DNA from: the human T2T-CHM13v2.0 reference genome, Homo sapiens
Direction of reading: 5' to 3'
DNA: 64,000 nt
Assembly (NCBI GenBank): GCA_009914755.4
Contig: CP068257.2
Span: forward strand, 10,432,001 to 10,496,000
The notes under the pieces are model-generated. The model had not been told where the DNA came from, ran no database searches, and was given only the letters and a program-made list of their open reading frames with translations. The position numbers were made by a program, and so were the translations under genes. Of the stretch, positions 14,886 through 29,800 are shown in pieces. The first letter of the stretch is position 1; each line of letters starts with the position of its first letter.

Positions 14886-17800
14886 GGAATCCAATGGAAC
14901 AGAAAGGAATGGAATCGAAGGGAAAAGAATGCAATGGAATGCAATGGAAAAGACTGGAAAGGAATGGAATGGAAGTGACTCTAATGGAATTGAATGGAAT
15001 GGGCTCGAATGGCATACAATGTAATGGACTCAAATGGAATGGTGTGGAATGGAATGGACTCGAATGGAATGGAGTTGAATGGACTCAAATGGAATGGAAT
15101 TGAATGGACTCTATTGGAATGGAATATAATGCAATGAAATGGACTCGAAAGGAATGGAATGGAATGTACTCGAATTTAATGGAATGGAATGGAATGGAAT
15201 GGACTCGAATGAAATGGAAAGGAGTAGAATGGACTCAAAAGGTATGGAATAGAATGCACATGAATGGGATGGAATGGAATGGAAAGGGCTCGAATTGAAT
15301 TGAATGGAATGAAATGGACTCAAAAGGAATACAACAGAGTTTCATGGAATGCATTGTAATGGAATGGAATGGAGTGCACTCGAATTCAATAAAATGGACT
15401 GGACTCGAATGGAGTGGATTGTAATGGAATGGACTTGAATGGAATTAAATGGAATTGATGCAAATGTAATTGAATGGATTGGACTCGAATGGAATGGAAT
15501 GGAATGGAATGGAATGGAATGGAATGGAATGGAATGGATTCGAATGGAATGGAATGGAATGGACCTGAATGGAATGGGTTGGAAAGGAATGGTCTCCAAT
15601 GGAAAGGACTCAAAAGAATAGCATGGAATGGATTGGACTCGAATGCAATGGAATGGAATGGACTCGAATGGAATGGAAGAGACTTGAACGGAATGGAATG
15701 GAATGGAATAGACTCTAAGGGAACAGAACGGAATGCACTCGAATGGAATGGAATAGCAATGACTCAAATGGAATAAAATGGAATGGACTCGAATGGAATG
15801 GAGAGGAATGCAATGGACTCGAATGGGAATGGATTGGAATGGACTCAAATGGAATGTAATAGAATTGAATGGACTCGAATGGAATGGAATGTAGACGAAT
15901 AAGATGGACTCAAATGGAATGGAATGGAATGGAATGGAATGGAATGGAATGGAATGGAATGGCATGGAATGGACTCGAATGGAAGGTAATGGTCTAGAAT
16001 GGAATGGAAAGAATGGAATTTACTCGAATGAAATGGAATACAATGGAATGGAATGGAATGGAATGGAAGGGAATGGAATGCAATGGACTCGAATACAAGG
16101 GATTGGAATGGACTCGAATGAAACGGGTTGGTATGGAATGTACTCGAATGGAATGGAATGGAATAGACTCAAATGGAATAGAATGGAATGGAATGGACTG
16201 GAATGGAATGAAATAGAATGGACTCGAATGAAATAGATTAGAATGGAATGGAATGGAATGGAATGGAATGGAATAGAATGGAATGGAATGGACTCAAATG
16301 GAATAGAACGTAATGGAATGGAATATACAAGAATGGCATGGACTTGAATGGAATACAATCGATTGGAATCGAATGGAATGGAAGGGAATGGAATGGTATC
16401 GAATGGATTGGACTCGAATGGAATGGAATGGAATGGACTCGAGTGGAATGGAATGGAATCGTATGGACTCAAATGGAATGGAAGGGAATGGAATGGAATG
16501 GAATGGACTCGAATGGGATGGAAAGGAATGAAAATGACTCGAGTGGAATGGAATGAAATGGAATGGACTCGAATAGAATGGAATGGAATGAACTTGAATG
16601 GAAAGGAATGTAATGGACCTGAATGAAATGGAAGGGAATGGAATGGAAAGGATTCGAATGGAATAGAAGGGAGGGGAGTGGAATGGAGTGTAATGCATTG
16701 GACTGGAATGGAATGGAGGGGAATGGTCCCAATGGAATGGAATGGAATGGAATGGACTTGAATGGAATAGAATGGATTTGAATGGAATGGACTCAAAAGG
16801 AATAGCATGAAACGGACTCAAATGGAATGGAATGGACACAAATGGAATGGAATGGAATGGACTCGAATGGAATACAATAGTATTTAATGTAATGGAATCT
16901 AATGGAATGCAATGGAAAGGACTCGAATGGAATAGAGTGGAATGGACTGAAATGGAATGGAATGCAATGGAATGGACTAGAATGGAATGGAATGCAATGG
17001 AATGGACTCGAATGGAATGGAATAGAATTGACTCGAATGGAATTGAATGGAATGGACAAGAATGGAAATTAATGGAATGGAATGGAATGGAATGGTCTCG
17101 AATGGAATGGAGTGGAGTGGCATGGACTCGAATGGAATGGAATGGAATGGAATGGATTCGAAAGGAATGAAATGGAATGGAGTCGAAAAAAATGGGTTGG
17201 AATGGAATGAACTCGAATGGAATGGAATGGAATGTACTCAAATGGAAGAGTATGGAATGGAATGGACTGGAATGGAATGCAATGAAATGGACTCGAATGG
17301 AGTGGAATAGACTCGAATGGAATGGAATGGGATGGACTCGAATGGAATAAAACGCAATGGAATGAAAAGTACTAGAGTGGAATGGAATGGACAAGTATGG
17401 AATGGAATGGAATCAAATGGTACGTAGTGGAATTGAATGGACTGGAAGGGATTGGACTCGAATTCAATGGAATGAAATGAACTCGAATGGAATGGAATGT
17501 AATGAAATGCACTCGAGTGGAATAGAATGGAATGGACTCGAATGGAATAGAATAGAATGGACTCAAATGGAATAGAATGGAATGGACTCCATTGGAATGG
17601 AAGGGAATGGAATGTACTCGAATAGAATGGAATGGAATGGAATGGAATGTATTGGAATCGAATGGAATGGAATGGAAAGGAAAGGTATGGAATGGAATGG
17701 AATGGAATTTAAATGGAATGTACATGAATGGTAAGGAATTGCATTGAATGGACTCAAAAGTAATGGAATGGACTCTAATGGAATGGAGTGGAATGGAATG

Positions 17801-20800
17801 GACTCGAATGGAATGGACTCGAATTTAATGGAATGGATGCGAATGGAATGGAATGGACTCGACTGGAATGGAATGGCATCAAAGGGACTCAAAAGGAATG
17901 GAATGCAATGGAATGGAATGGAATGGAATGGAATGGAATGGAATGCACTTGAATGGAATGGAATGGAATTGAATACACTTGAATGGAATGGAATGGAATG
18001 AAAATGACTTGAGTGGAATGGAATGTAAAGGAATGGACTTGAATGCAATGGAATGGAATGGAATGCACTTGAATGGAATGGAATTGATTGGAAAGAAAAG
18101 AAATGGACCTGAAAGAAATGGAAGGGAATGAAATGGAAAGGACTCAAATGGAATAGAATGGCATGGACTGGAATGTAATGGAATGGAATACACTCGAATG
18201 GAATTGTATGGAATGGCCCCAATGGAATGGAATGGAAAGAAATGGAATGGACTGTAATGGACTAAAACGGAATGGAAAGGAATGTACTAGAATGTAATGT
18301 ATTGGAAAGCAATCCAATGGAATAGAATGGAATGGAATCAAATGGAATGGAGTGGAATGGAATGGACTCGAATGGAATGGACTCAAATGCTATGGAATGG
18401 ACTCGAATGGCATGGAAAGGAATTTAGCCGAGCGGAAAGGATTGGAATGGAATGGAATGGAGTGGAAAGGAATGGAATGGAATGGAATGGAATGAAACGG
18501 AATGGAATGGAATGGAATGGAATGAAACGGAATGGAATGGACTTGAATGGAAAAGAAAGGATTGGAATGGAATGGACTCGAAAGGAATGGTACTGAATGG
18601 AATCGAATGGACTCGAATAGAATGGACATGAATGGAATGGAATGGAATACAATGAAATTTAATGGAATGGACACGAATGGAATGGATTGGAATGGAAATG
18701 AAAGTAATGGAATGGAATGGAATGGACTCAAAATGAATGGAATGGAATGCAATGAAATGCACTCGAATGGAATAGAATGGAATGGAATCGAAAGTAATGG
18801 AATGGAATTAAATGGACTCGAAATGAATGGAATGGAATTAATTTAATGGACGGGAATGTAATAGAATGGAATGGAATAGACTCGAATGGAATGGAAAGGA
18901 ATGGACTCGAAAGGAATGCAGTTGAAAGGAATGGTATGAAATGGAATGGAATGGAATGGAATGGAATGGAATGGAAAGCTATCAAATGGAATGGAATGGA
19001 TTTGAATGGAATAGAATGGACTCGAATGGTATGGAATGGAGTGTAATCGACTCGAGAGGAATGAAATGGAATGGAGTGCACTCGAATGAAATGGAATGAA
19101 ATGGAATGGACATGAACCGAATGGAATGGGTGGGAATGGAATGAACTCCAGTGAAATAGAATGGAATGGAAACGAGTGGAATGCAGTGTAGTGGAATGGA
19201 CTCGAATGGGTTGGAATGGAATGGACTCGAAATGGTTGGAATGGAATGGCCTCGAATGGAATGGAATGGATTGGATTGAAATGAAATAGAATGGATTGGA
19301 ATGGAATAGAATGGAATGAATGGAATGGACTCGAATGGAATGGAATGAACTCAAATGAAATGGAACGGAATGAAAAGTAATCGAATGGAATAGAATAGAA
19401 TGGAATAGAATGGGCTAGAGTGGAATGGAAAAGAATGGACTGGAATGGAATACAATTGAATTGAATGGACTTGAAAGAATGGAATAGAATGGAATGGAAC
19501 AGACTCGAAAGGAATGGAATGGAATGGAATGGACTCAAATGGAATGGAATGGACTTGAAAGAAATGAATGGAATGGAATCGACTCAAGTGGAATGGAAAC
19601 GAATGGAATTGACTCCAATTGAGTGGAATGGAATGGAATGTCCTCGAATGGAATGGGATGGACTGTACCCGAATGGAATGGAATAGAATGGAATGGACTA
19701 GAAAGGAACACAATGGAATGGATTGGAATGGACTCGAATGGAATTCTATGGAATGGAAAGGACCCGAAAGCAATGGAATGGAAGGGAAGGGAATGGAAAG
19801 GAATGGGATGGACTCGAATGTAATGGGATGGACTCGAATATTATGGAATGGAATTAACACGAATGGAAAGGAATGGACTAGAATGGAATGTAATGGATTG
19901 GAATTGTAACGAATTGAGTGGAATGGAATGGAATGGAATGGAATGGACTCGACTGGAATGGAATGGACTCAAATGGGACGGAATGGAATGGACCCGAATG
20001 AAATGGAATGGAATTGAATGGTATGGACTCAAATGCAATGGAATGGAATTGACTGGAATCGAGCAGAATGGAATTGAATGGAATGGACTCGAAGAGAATG
20101 GAATAAAATGGACCCAAATGGAATGGAATGGAATGGAATGGAATGGAATGGTATTGAATGGAATGAACTTCAATGGAACAGAATGGAATGGAATGGAATG
20201 GAATGGAATGGAATGGAATGGAATGGAATGGAATGGATTTGACCCGTATGGAATACAGTGGAATTTAATGGAATGAACACTAAAGGATTGGAATGGAATG
20301 GACTCGAATGTAAGAGAATGGAATGGACTCGAATGGAAAGGAATATAACGGAGTGGACTCGAATGGAATGGATTGGAATGAACTCGAAAGGAAGCAATGT
20401 TATTCAAAGGAAGGGACTCGAATGGATTGGAAAGGAATGGTCCTGAAAGGAAAGGAATGCATTGGAATTGACTCAAATGGAATGGAATTGACTGGAATTG
20501 AATTGAATGGAAGGGGACGGACTCAAACGGAATAGAATGGAATTCAATGGAATGGAATGGAATGGAATGGACTCGAATGGAATGGAATGGACTGAAATGG
20601 AATAGAATGGAATGGAATGGACTCGAATGGAATGGAATGGATTCGAATGCAGTGGAATGGAATGGAATGGACTCGATAGGAATAGAATGGAATGAAATGG
20701 AATGGACTCGAATGGAAATGAATGGAATGGAATTGAATGGAATAGAATGGAATGGAATCAAATGGAAGGGATTGGAACGAAATGGACTCGAATGGGTTGG

Positions 20801-23800
20801 AATGGAAAGGACTCGAATGGAATGGAATGCAATCGACTCAAACGGAACAGAATGGAATGGAATGGACTCGAATCGAATGGAATGGGATGGACTCGACTGG
20901 TATGGACTGGAATGGAATGGACTCGAATGGAATGGAAAGTAAAGGAATGGAATGGACTCGAATGGAATGGAATGGGATGGAATGGACCCAAATGGAATGG
21001 AGAAGATTTGAATTGAATGGAATGCAATGGAATGGAATGGACTCGAAAGGAATGCAATTGTATTGAATGGAATTGAAAGGAATGGAATGGATTAGACTTG
21101 AATGGAACGTACTCGAATGGAATGGAATGGAATGGATTCTAATTGAAAGGAATGGACTCGAATGGAATGGAATGGAATAGACTCAAATGGAATAGAATGT
21201 AATGGAATGGACTCGAATGGAATGGAATGGAATGGACTCGAATAGAATGGAATGGAATGGAACCGAGTGGAATGGAATGGATTGGAATGGACACGAATGT
21301 CATGGAATGGACGCCAATGGAATAGAATTGAAGGAAATGGAATGGAATGGACTCAAATGGAATGGAAAGGAACGGAATGGAATGGAATGGAATGGAATGG
21401 AATGGAATGGAAAGGAATGGAATCAACAGGAATGGAATGGAATGGAAAGGAAAGGACTCGAATGGAATGGACTCAAATGGAATGGAATGGACACGAATGG
21501 AGTGGAATGGAATAGAATGGACTCAAATGGAATGGAATGGCCTCCAAAGGAAGGGAGTGGCATTTAATGAATGGATTCTAATGGAATGGCATGGAATGGA
21601 CTGGAATGGAATAGAATGGAATGGATTCGAATGGAGTGGAATATAATGGTGTGGACACGAATTGAATGGAATGGAATGGACTAGAAAGGAATCGAATGGA
21701 ATGGACTAGAATGGAATATAATGGAATTGAATGGAGATGAAAGGAATGGAATGGAATGCAATGGAATGGACTTGAATCGAATGGAATGGAAAGTACTCAA
21801 ATGGAATTAAACGGACCAGAATGGAATGGAATGGAATGGAACAGTATTGAATGGAATGGAAGGGAATGCAATTTAATAGAATGGAATTGAATGGAATGGA
21901 AAGGATTGGAATGGAATGTACTTGAATGGAATATTACGGATTGGAATGGAATGGACTCGAAGGCAATGGAAAGGAATGGACTTGAATTGTGTGGAATGTC
22001 CTCGAATGCAATTGAATGGAATTTAAGGGAATGGACTCTAATGAAGTGGAATTTAATGGACCCAAATGGAATAGAATGGAATGGACTTGAATGGAATGGA
22101 AAGGAAGCGAAGGGACTTGAAATGAAAGGAATGGAATGGAATGGACTCGAATGGAATGGAATGGAATGGACTCGAATGGAATGGAATGGAATGGAATGGA
22201 ATGGATTCGAAAGGAATACAATGGACTCCAATGGAATGGAATGGAATGGAAATGACTCGAGTGGACTGGAATGGAATGGATTGGACCCCAATGGAATGGA
22301 ATGGAAAGTACACTAATGGAATGGAATGGAATGCAATGGAGTGGAATGGAACCAACAGGAATGGAATGGAATGGAATGGAATGGAATGGAATGGAATGGA
22401 ATGGAATGGAATGGAATGGACTCGAATGGAATGGAATTCAATGGACGCCAATTGAATGGTATGGCCTCGAAAGCAATGGAATGGAATTTAATGCAATGGA
22501 CTCTAATGGAATTTATTCTAATGAAAAGGAATTTAATGCACTTGAATGAAATAGAATGCAATGGACTCGAATGGAATGGAAAGGAATCGAATGTACATGA
22601 AATAAATGGAATGGAATGTACTGGAATGGAATGCAATGGATACGAATGTAATTGAATGGATTGGACTCGAATGGAATGGAATGGACTCAAGTGGTATGGA
22701 ATGGAATGGAAACGAGTCGATTGGAATGGAATGGTGTCGAATTGAATGGAATGGAATGTACTCACATGGAATGAAATGGAATGGAATGGACACAGAAGGA
22801 ATGGAATGGAATGGAATGGAATGGAATGGAATGGAATGGAGTCGAATGGAAAAGAATGGAAAGAACTGGAATGGAATGGATTGGAAATGATTGGAATGGA
22901 ATGGAATGTCCACAAAAGGAATGGAATGGAATGGACACGAATGGAATGGAGTGGAATTCAATGGATTGGAATGGAATTGAATGGTATGGAATGGAATGGA
23001 CTTTAATGGAATAGAATGTTATGGAAAGGAATGGATTCAAAAGGAAGGGAATGGAATGGACTCGAATGCAATGGAAGGGACACGAATGGAATGGAAAATA
23101 ATTGAACGGAATTCAGTGTAATTTAATGGAATGGACTCTAATGGACTGGAATGGAATGGACTCGATTGTAATGGAATGGAATTGAATGGACTCGAAAAGA
23201 ATGGAATGGAATGAAATGGAATGGAATCGAATGGAAAGGAATATAATGAACTCGAAAGTAATGGAATGGAACTGAATGGACTCGAAAAGAATGGAATGGA
23301 ATGCAATGGAATGGAACAGAATGGAATCGAATGGATTGGAATGCAATGGCTTGGACTCCAATGGAATGGAATGGAATTGACTCAAATGGTATTGAAATGT
23401 ATGGACACGAATGGAATGGAATGGAATGGAACAGACTCGAATTGAATGGAATGGAGTGGAATGGAATCGAATGAAATGGAATGGAATGAACTCAAATGGA
23501 ATGCAATGGAATGTACTCGAAAGGAAGGGAAAGAAATCGAATGGAATAGAATGGTATGGAAATGACACTAGTGGAATGGAATGGAATGGAAAGGAATGGA
23601 CTAGAATGGGAAGGAATGTAATGGACTCGAATGGAATATAACGGAATTAAATTGACTCGAGTGGAATGGAATAGAATGGAATGGACTCTAATGGAATGGA
23701 AAGGAATTGACTCGAATGGAATAGAAAAGAATGGACCCAAAAGGAATGGAATGGAATGGACTCGAATGGAATGCATTGGAATGGAATGGAATTGAATGGA

Positions 23801-26800
23801 CTAGAATACAACGGAATGTCATGGTATGGAATGGACTCGAATGGAATGGAATGAAATGGAATGAAACGGAATGGAATGTAATGGAATGGAATGGAATGGA
23901 ATGGAATGGAACAGACTCGAGTGGAATGGAATGGACTCGAATGGAATGGAATGGAATTGACAGGACTCGAAAGGAATGGAATGGAATGGACTGGACTCGA
24001 GTGGAATGGAATGGAATGGACTCGAATTGAATGGAATGGAATTGACAGGACTCGAAAGGAATGGAATGGAATGGAATGGAATGGACTCAAAAGGAATGGA
24101 ATGGATTGGAATGGAATGGAATGGATTGTGCTCGAATGGAAAGAAATGGAATGGACTCGAATGGAGTGGAGTGGAATAGAATTGACTGAAATAGAAGGGA
24201 AACTACTCAAGTGGAATTCAATGGAATGGAATGGACTAGAATGGAATGGAATGGACCGAAAAGGAATGCAATGAATGAAATGGAACGGACTCGAATGGAA
24301 TGAAATGGAACGGAATGGACGGGAATCGAATGGAATGTAAAGGAATGGACTCGAACGGAATCGAATGGCATGGACTCGAATGGAATAGAATGGAATGGAA
24401 TCGAATGGAAGGGATTGGAATGAAATGGACTCGAATGGGTTGGAATGGAAAGGACTCGAATGGAATGGAATGCAATCGACTCAAATGGAATAGAATGGGA
24501 TGGACTCGACTGGTATGGACTGGAATGGAATGGACTCGAATGGAATGGAAAGTAACGGAATGGAATGGAAAGAAATGGACTCGAATGGAATGGAATGGGA
24601 TGGAATGGACCCAAATGGAATGGAGAGGATTTGAATTGAATGGAATGCAATGGAATGGACTCGAATGGAATGCAATTGTATTGAATGGAATCGAAAGGAA
24701 TGGAATGGATTGGACTTGAATGGAACGTACTCGAATGGAATGGAATGGAATGGACTCGAATTGAAAGGAATGGACTCGAATGGAATGGAATGGAATAGAC
24801 GCAAATGGAATAGAATGTAATGGAATGGACTCGAATGGAATGGAATGGAATGGAATGGACTCGAATAGAATGGAATGGAGTGGAACCGAGTGGAATGGAA
24901 TGGATTGGAATGGACACGAATGTCATGGAATGGACGCCAATTGAATGGACGCCAATAGAATGGAATGGAATGGAATGGAATGGAATGGAATGGAATGGAC
25001 TCGAAAGGAATGGAACAGAATTGAATGGACTCGAAAAGAATGGAATGGAATGCAATGGAATACACTCAAATGGAATGGATTGGAATACACTCGAATGGAA
25101 TGGAATGTGAAGGAATGAACTCGAATGGAATGCAATGGAATTGACTCTAATGGAATTGAAAGGAATGGACCAGAATAGAATGGAATGATATGGAATGGAA
25201 TGGAATTGAATGGAGTGGAATATACTCGAATGGAATGGAAAGGAATGGAATGGATTCGAACGGAATGGAATGGAATGGACTCGAGTGGAATGGAATGGAT
25301 TCGAATGGAATAGAATGGAATGGACTCGAAAGAAATGGTTTGGAATCAAATGGAATCGAATGAAATGGAATGGAATGGACTCAAATGGACTTGAATGGAA
25401 TGGAATGGACCCAAATGGAATGGAAAGGAATTGAATGGAATGGAATGGAATGGAATGGAATGGAATGGAATGGAATGGAATGGATTGGACTGGAATGGAA
25501 TGTAATGAAATGCAATGAAATGGACCTAAATGGAATAGAATGAAATGGAATTGCATGGACTCGAAGGGAATGGAATGCAATGGATTTGAATGGAATGGAA
25601 TGGACTCCAAAAGGAATAGGACGGAATTTATTGGAATGGAATCTAAAGTAATGGAATCTAATGGAATGGACTAGAAAGGAATGTAATGGAATGGACTCGA
25701 AAGGAATGGAATGCAATGGATTTGAATGGAATGGAATGGACTCCAAAAGGAACAGGATGGAATTTATTGGAATGGAATCTAAAGTAATGGAATCTAATGG
25801 AATGGACTCGAAAGGAATGTAATGGAATGTACTCGAAAGAATGGAATGCAATGGAATGGAATGGAGTCGAATGGAATGGAATGGACTCGAAAGGAATGGA
25901 ATGGATTGGAATGGAGTGGAAAGGACTCGAATGGAATGCAATGACCTGGACTGGAAAGGAATGGAATGGAATTGAATGGAATAAAAAAATGGAATGGAAT
26001 GGAATGGAACGGACACAAATTGAATGGAATGGAATAGACTCTAATGGAATGGAATGCAATGGAATGGACTCAAATGGAATTGAGTGGAATGGACTCGAGT
26101 GGAATAGAATGTAATGGACTCAAATGGAATGGTGTGGAATGGAATGGCTTGAAAGAAATGGATTGGAATGGACTCGAATGGAATGGCATAGAATGGACCT
26201 GAATGGAATGGAATGGAATGGAATGGACTCGAATGGAATGGCATAGAATGGACCTGAATGGAATGGAATGGAATGGAATGGAATGGAATGGAATGGAATG
26301 GACTCGAATAGAATGGAAAGGAATTGAATGGAATGGACTCGAATGGAATACAACGGAATTAAATGGAATGGGCTCTAACGGAATGAAATGGTGTGGACTC
26401 GGATGGAATGAAGTGGACTGGACAAGAGTGGAATGCTATGCAATGTAATGGATTCAAATTTAAAGGATTTGAATGGACTAGAATGGAATGGAATGGAATG
26501 GAATGGAATGGAATGGAATGGAATGGAATGGATTCGAAGGCATTGGAATGAAAAGCAATGGAATGGACTCGAATGGAATGGAATGGAATGGACTCGAATG
26601 GAATTGAATGGATTGGAAATTAGTGTAATGTAATGGAAAGGAATGGACTCGAATGGAATGGAATTGAATGGACTCGAATGTTATGGAATGGAATGGAATG
26701 GATTCGAATGGATTTTAATGGAATGGACTCGAATTGAATCGTCTTGATTGGAATGGAATGGAATGGACTCAAAAGGAACAGCATGGAATGGAAAGGACTC

Positions 26801-26899
26801 AAATGCTTGGAATGCAATGGAATAGCATGCAATGGAATGGATCCAAATGGAATAGAATAGAATGCATGGGAATGGAATGGAATGGAATGAAATGAAATA

Positions 26900-29800
26900 G
26901 AATGGAACGGAATGGACTCGAATGGAATGGAATGGAATGCAATGGAAGGGACTTGAATGGAATGGACTACAATGGACTCGAATGGAATGGAATGCAATGG
27001 AATGGACTCGAATGGAATGGAATGGAATGAGCTCAAGCGGAATGTAATGGTATGGAATGGAGATGAATGGAATGGAATGGAATGGAATGGAATTGCTTTG
27101 AATGGAAGGGACTCTAATGGAATGGAATGGAATGGAATCAAATGGAATCACACGGAATTGAATGGATTCAAATTCAATGGAATGGAATGGAATCGAAAGG
27201 AATAGAGTGCGCTCAAACAGAAAAGAATGGAATGGAATGGAATGGAATGGAATGGAATGGAATGGAATGGAATGGATTCGAATGGAATGGAATGGAATGG
27301 ACTTGAATGGAGAAGAATGGAATGGACTGCATTGAAATGGACTGGAATGTAACGGACTAGAATGGAATGGAGTGGAATGGACTTGAATGAAATGGAATGG
27401 AATCCAATGGACTTGTTTGGAAAAGAATTGAATGGAATGAAATGGACTCAAAAGTAATGGAATGGAATGGACTCTAGTGGAATGGAATGGACAGGAATGG
27501 AAAGGAATGGAATAGAATGGACTCAAATGGAATACAATGGAATTTAATGGAATGGACTCTAATTTAATGGAATGGAATGGACTCGAATGGAATAGAATGG
27601 AGTGGATGACAATGGAATGGAATGCAATGGAATGGACTCAAATGGAATGGACTCGAATGAAATGGAATGGAATCGAATGGTCTCAAAAGGAATCGAATGG
27701 AATGCAATGGAATGGACTCGAATGGAATGGACTCGAATGGAATGGAATGGAATTGAATGGTCTCAAATGGAATGGAATGGAATGCAATGGAATGGACACG
27801 AATGCAATGGAATGGAATGGACTGGAATGGAATGGAATGGAATGGACTTGATTGGAATGGAATGAAATGGAATGGAATGGACTTGAATGGAATAGAATGG
27901 AATGGAATGAAATGGACTCGATGAGAATGGAATGGAATGGATTTGAATGGAATGGAATGGACTCAAAAGGAGTGGAATGGAATCTAAAGGAATGAAATCA
28001 AATAGAATGGACTCAAATTGAATAGTATGGAATGGACTCGAATGGAATGCAATGCAATGAAATGGATTCGAATGGAATGGACTCGAATGGAATACAAAGT
28101 AATGTATTAGAATGGAATGGAAAGGAATTGAAAGGAAGTGAAAGGAATGGAATGGAATGCAATGGAATGGACTCGAATGGAATGGTATGCAATGGACTCA
28201 ATGGAATGGAATGCAACGGAGTGGACGTGTATGGAATTGAATGGAATTGACTGGAAAGCAATTGAATGAAATGGATCCGAAAGGAATGGAATGGAATGAG
28301 CTCATATGGAATGGAATGGTATGGAATGGAGATGAATGGAATGAGATGGAATGGAATGGAAAAGAATGGACAGAAATGGAATTGCTTTGAATGAAACGGA
28401 CTCTAACGGAATGGAATGGAATGACTCAAATGGAATAGCATGGAATAGAATGGATTCAAATGCCAAGGAATGGAATGGAATTGAAAGGAATGGAGTGGAC
28501 TCAAGCAGAATAGAATGTAATGGAATGGACCAAATGGAATAGAATGGAAAGGAATGGAATCGAAAGGAGTAGAATGGAACGGACTCGTATGGAATAGAGT
28601 GGAATGTAACAGACTAGAATGGAATGGAGTGGAATGGACTTGAATGGAATGGAATGGAATCTAATGGACTTGATTGGAAAAGAATTGAATGGAATGGAAT
28701 GGACTCAAAAGTAATGGAATGCAATGGACTCAAATGGAATGGAATGGACACGAATGGAAAAAAAAATGGAATGGTATGGACTCGAATGGAATACAATGGA
28801 ATTTAATGGAATGGACTCTAATGGAATGGACTCGAATGGAATAGAATGCAATGGATGTCAATGGAATGGAATGCAATGGAATGGACTCGAATGGAATGGA
28901 TTTGAATGAAAAGGAATGCAATTGAATGGTCTAGAAAGCAATGGAATGGAATGCAATGGAATGGACTCGAATGAAATGGAATGGAATGGACTGGAATGGA
29001 ATGTAATGAAATGGAATGGAAGGGACTTGAATGGAATAGAATGGAATGGAATGGAATGGACTTGATGGGAATGGAATGGAATGGATTTGAATGGAATGGA
29101 ATGGACTCAAAAGGAATGGAATGGAATTTAAAGGAATGGAATCTAAAAAAATGGAATGTAATGGAATGGACTCGAATGGAATAGAATGGAATGGACTTGA
29201 ATGGAATGGAATGCAATGGAATGGATTCGAATGGAATGGACTCGAATGGATTAGAATGTAATGTATTCGAATGGAATTTAATGGAATTGAATGGACTCGA
29301 AAGGAACGGAATGGAATGCAATGGAATGGACACGAATGGAATGGAATGGAGTGCAATGGAATGTAATGGAATGGACTTGATTGGAATGTAATGAAATGGA
29401 AAGTAATGGACTTGAATGGAATAGAATGGAATGGAATGGAATGGACTCGATGGGAATGAAATGGAATGGATTCAAAAGGAGTGGAATGAAATCTAAAGAA
29501 ATGGAATCTAATGGAATGGACTCGAACTGAATAATATGGAATGGACTCGAATGGAATGGAATGCAATGAAATGGATTCGAATGGAATGGACTCGAATGGA
29601 ATAGAATGTAATGTATTAGAATGGAATGGAAAGGAATTGAAAGGAAGCGAAAGGAATGGAATGGAATGGAATGGAATGGAATGGACTCGAATGGAAAGGT
29701 ATGCTATGGATTCGATGGAATGGAATGCAACGGAATGGATGTGTATGGAATTGAATGGAATTGACTGGAAAGCAATTCAATGGAATGGACCGAATGGAAT

